Both the position numbers and the translations under genes were made by a program. From Vicugna vicugna (Eukaryota): 64,000 nt of DNA. Below, one piece after another: positions 63,961 through 64,000 of this stretch (its first letter is position 1; every line of letters begins with the position of its first letter). Below the pieces are notes generated by a model that saw only the letters and a list, made by a program, of their open reading frames with translations, made no database searches and was not told the DNA's origin. Where the stretch lies: NCBI GenBank assembly GCA_013265495.1, contig MU057744.1, positions 1,502,356-1,566,355 of the forward strand, given 5' to 3'.

Positions 63961-64000
63961 TTACATATTCAGTTTTTGAAAAAACAAGTTGATCTGCTTA

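Noticed and set aside
1..64000. Naming the host gene or a novel multi-gene system
   Set aside because: No exon matched any gene I can recognise with confidence; known mammalian repeat classes and non-coding sequence explain the content.

Overview
Mammalian non-coding genomic DNA, most likely from a camelid (alpaca, llama or camel). The lineage is inferred from tRNA-Ala-derived SINEs of the camelid vic-1 type and artiodactyl-type L1 3' ends, with no Alu, Bov-tA/BovB or PRE-1 recognised. I could not support any protein-coding exon: the listed ORFs are L1 ORF2 remnants, GC-rich chance ORFs or simple-repeat ORFs. The window holds two promoter-like CpG islands (~7.9-8.8 kb and ~41.3-42.1 kb, the second with a 41-N assembly gap), about 23 young 5'-truncated L1 fragments, older L1M, MIR, MaLR and ERV1 LTR relics, five SINEs, a 44-bp minisatellite and microsatellites. 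The young L1s are mostly on the minus strand (18 versus 5). Together with several plus-strand splice-site pairs, this suggests the 5' introns of a large plus-strand gene with alternative promoters and non-coding exons; I could not identify the gene. I found no convincing undescribed biological system. The most notable items are unusual retrotransposition products (a five-unit stack of L1 termini inside one TSD, a twin-primed inversion, TSD-flanked 3'-truncated L1s), a ~100-bp dyad-symmetric Sp1/ETS promoter core, and strong AT-to-GC drift in old repeats. Repeat names come from recalled consensus sequences, not a database search, and boundaries of old repeats are approximate.
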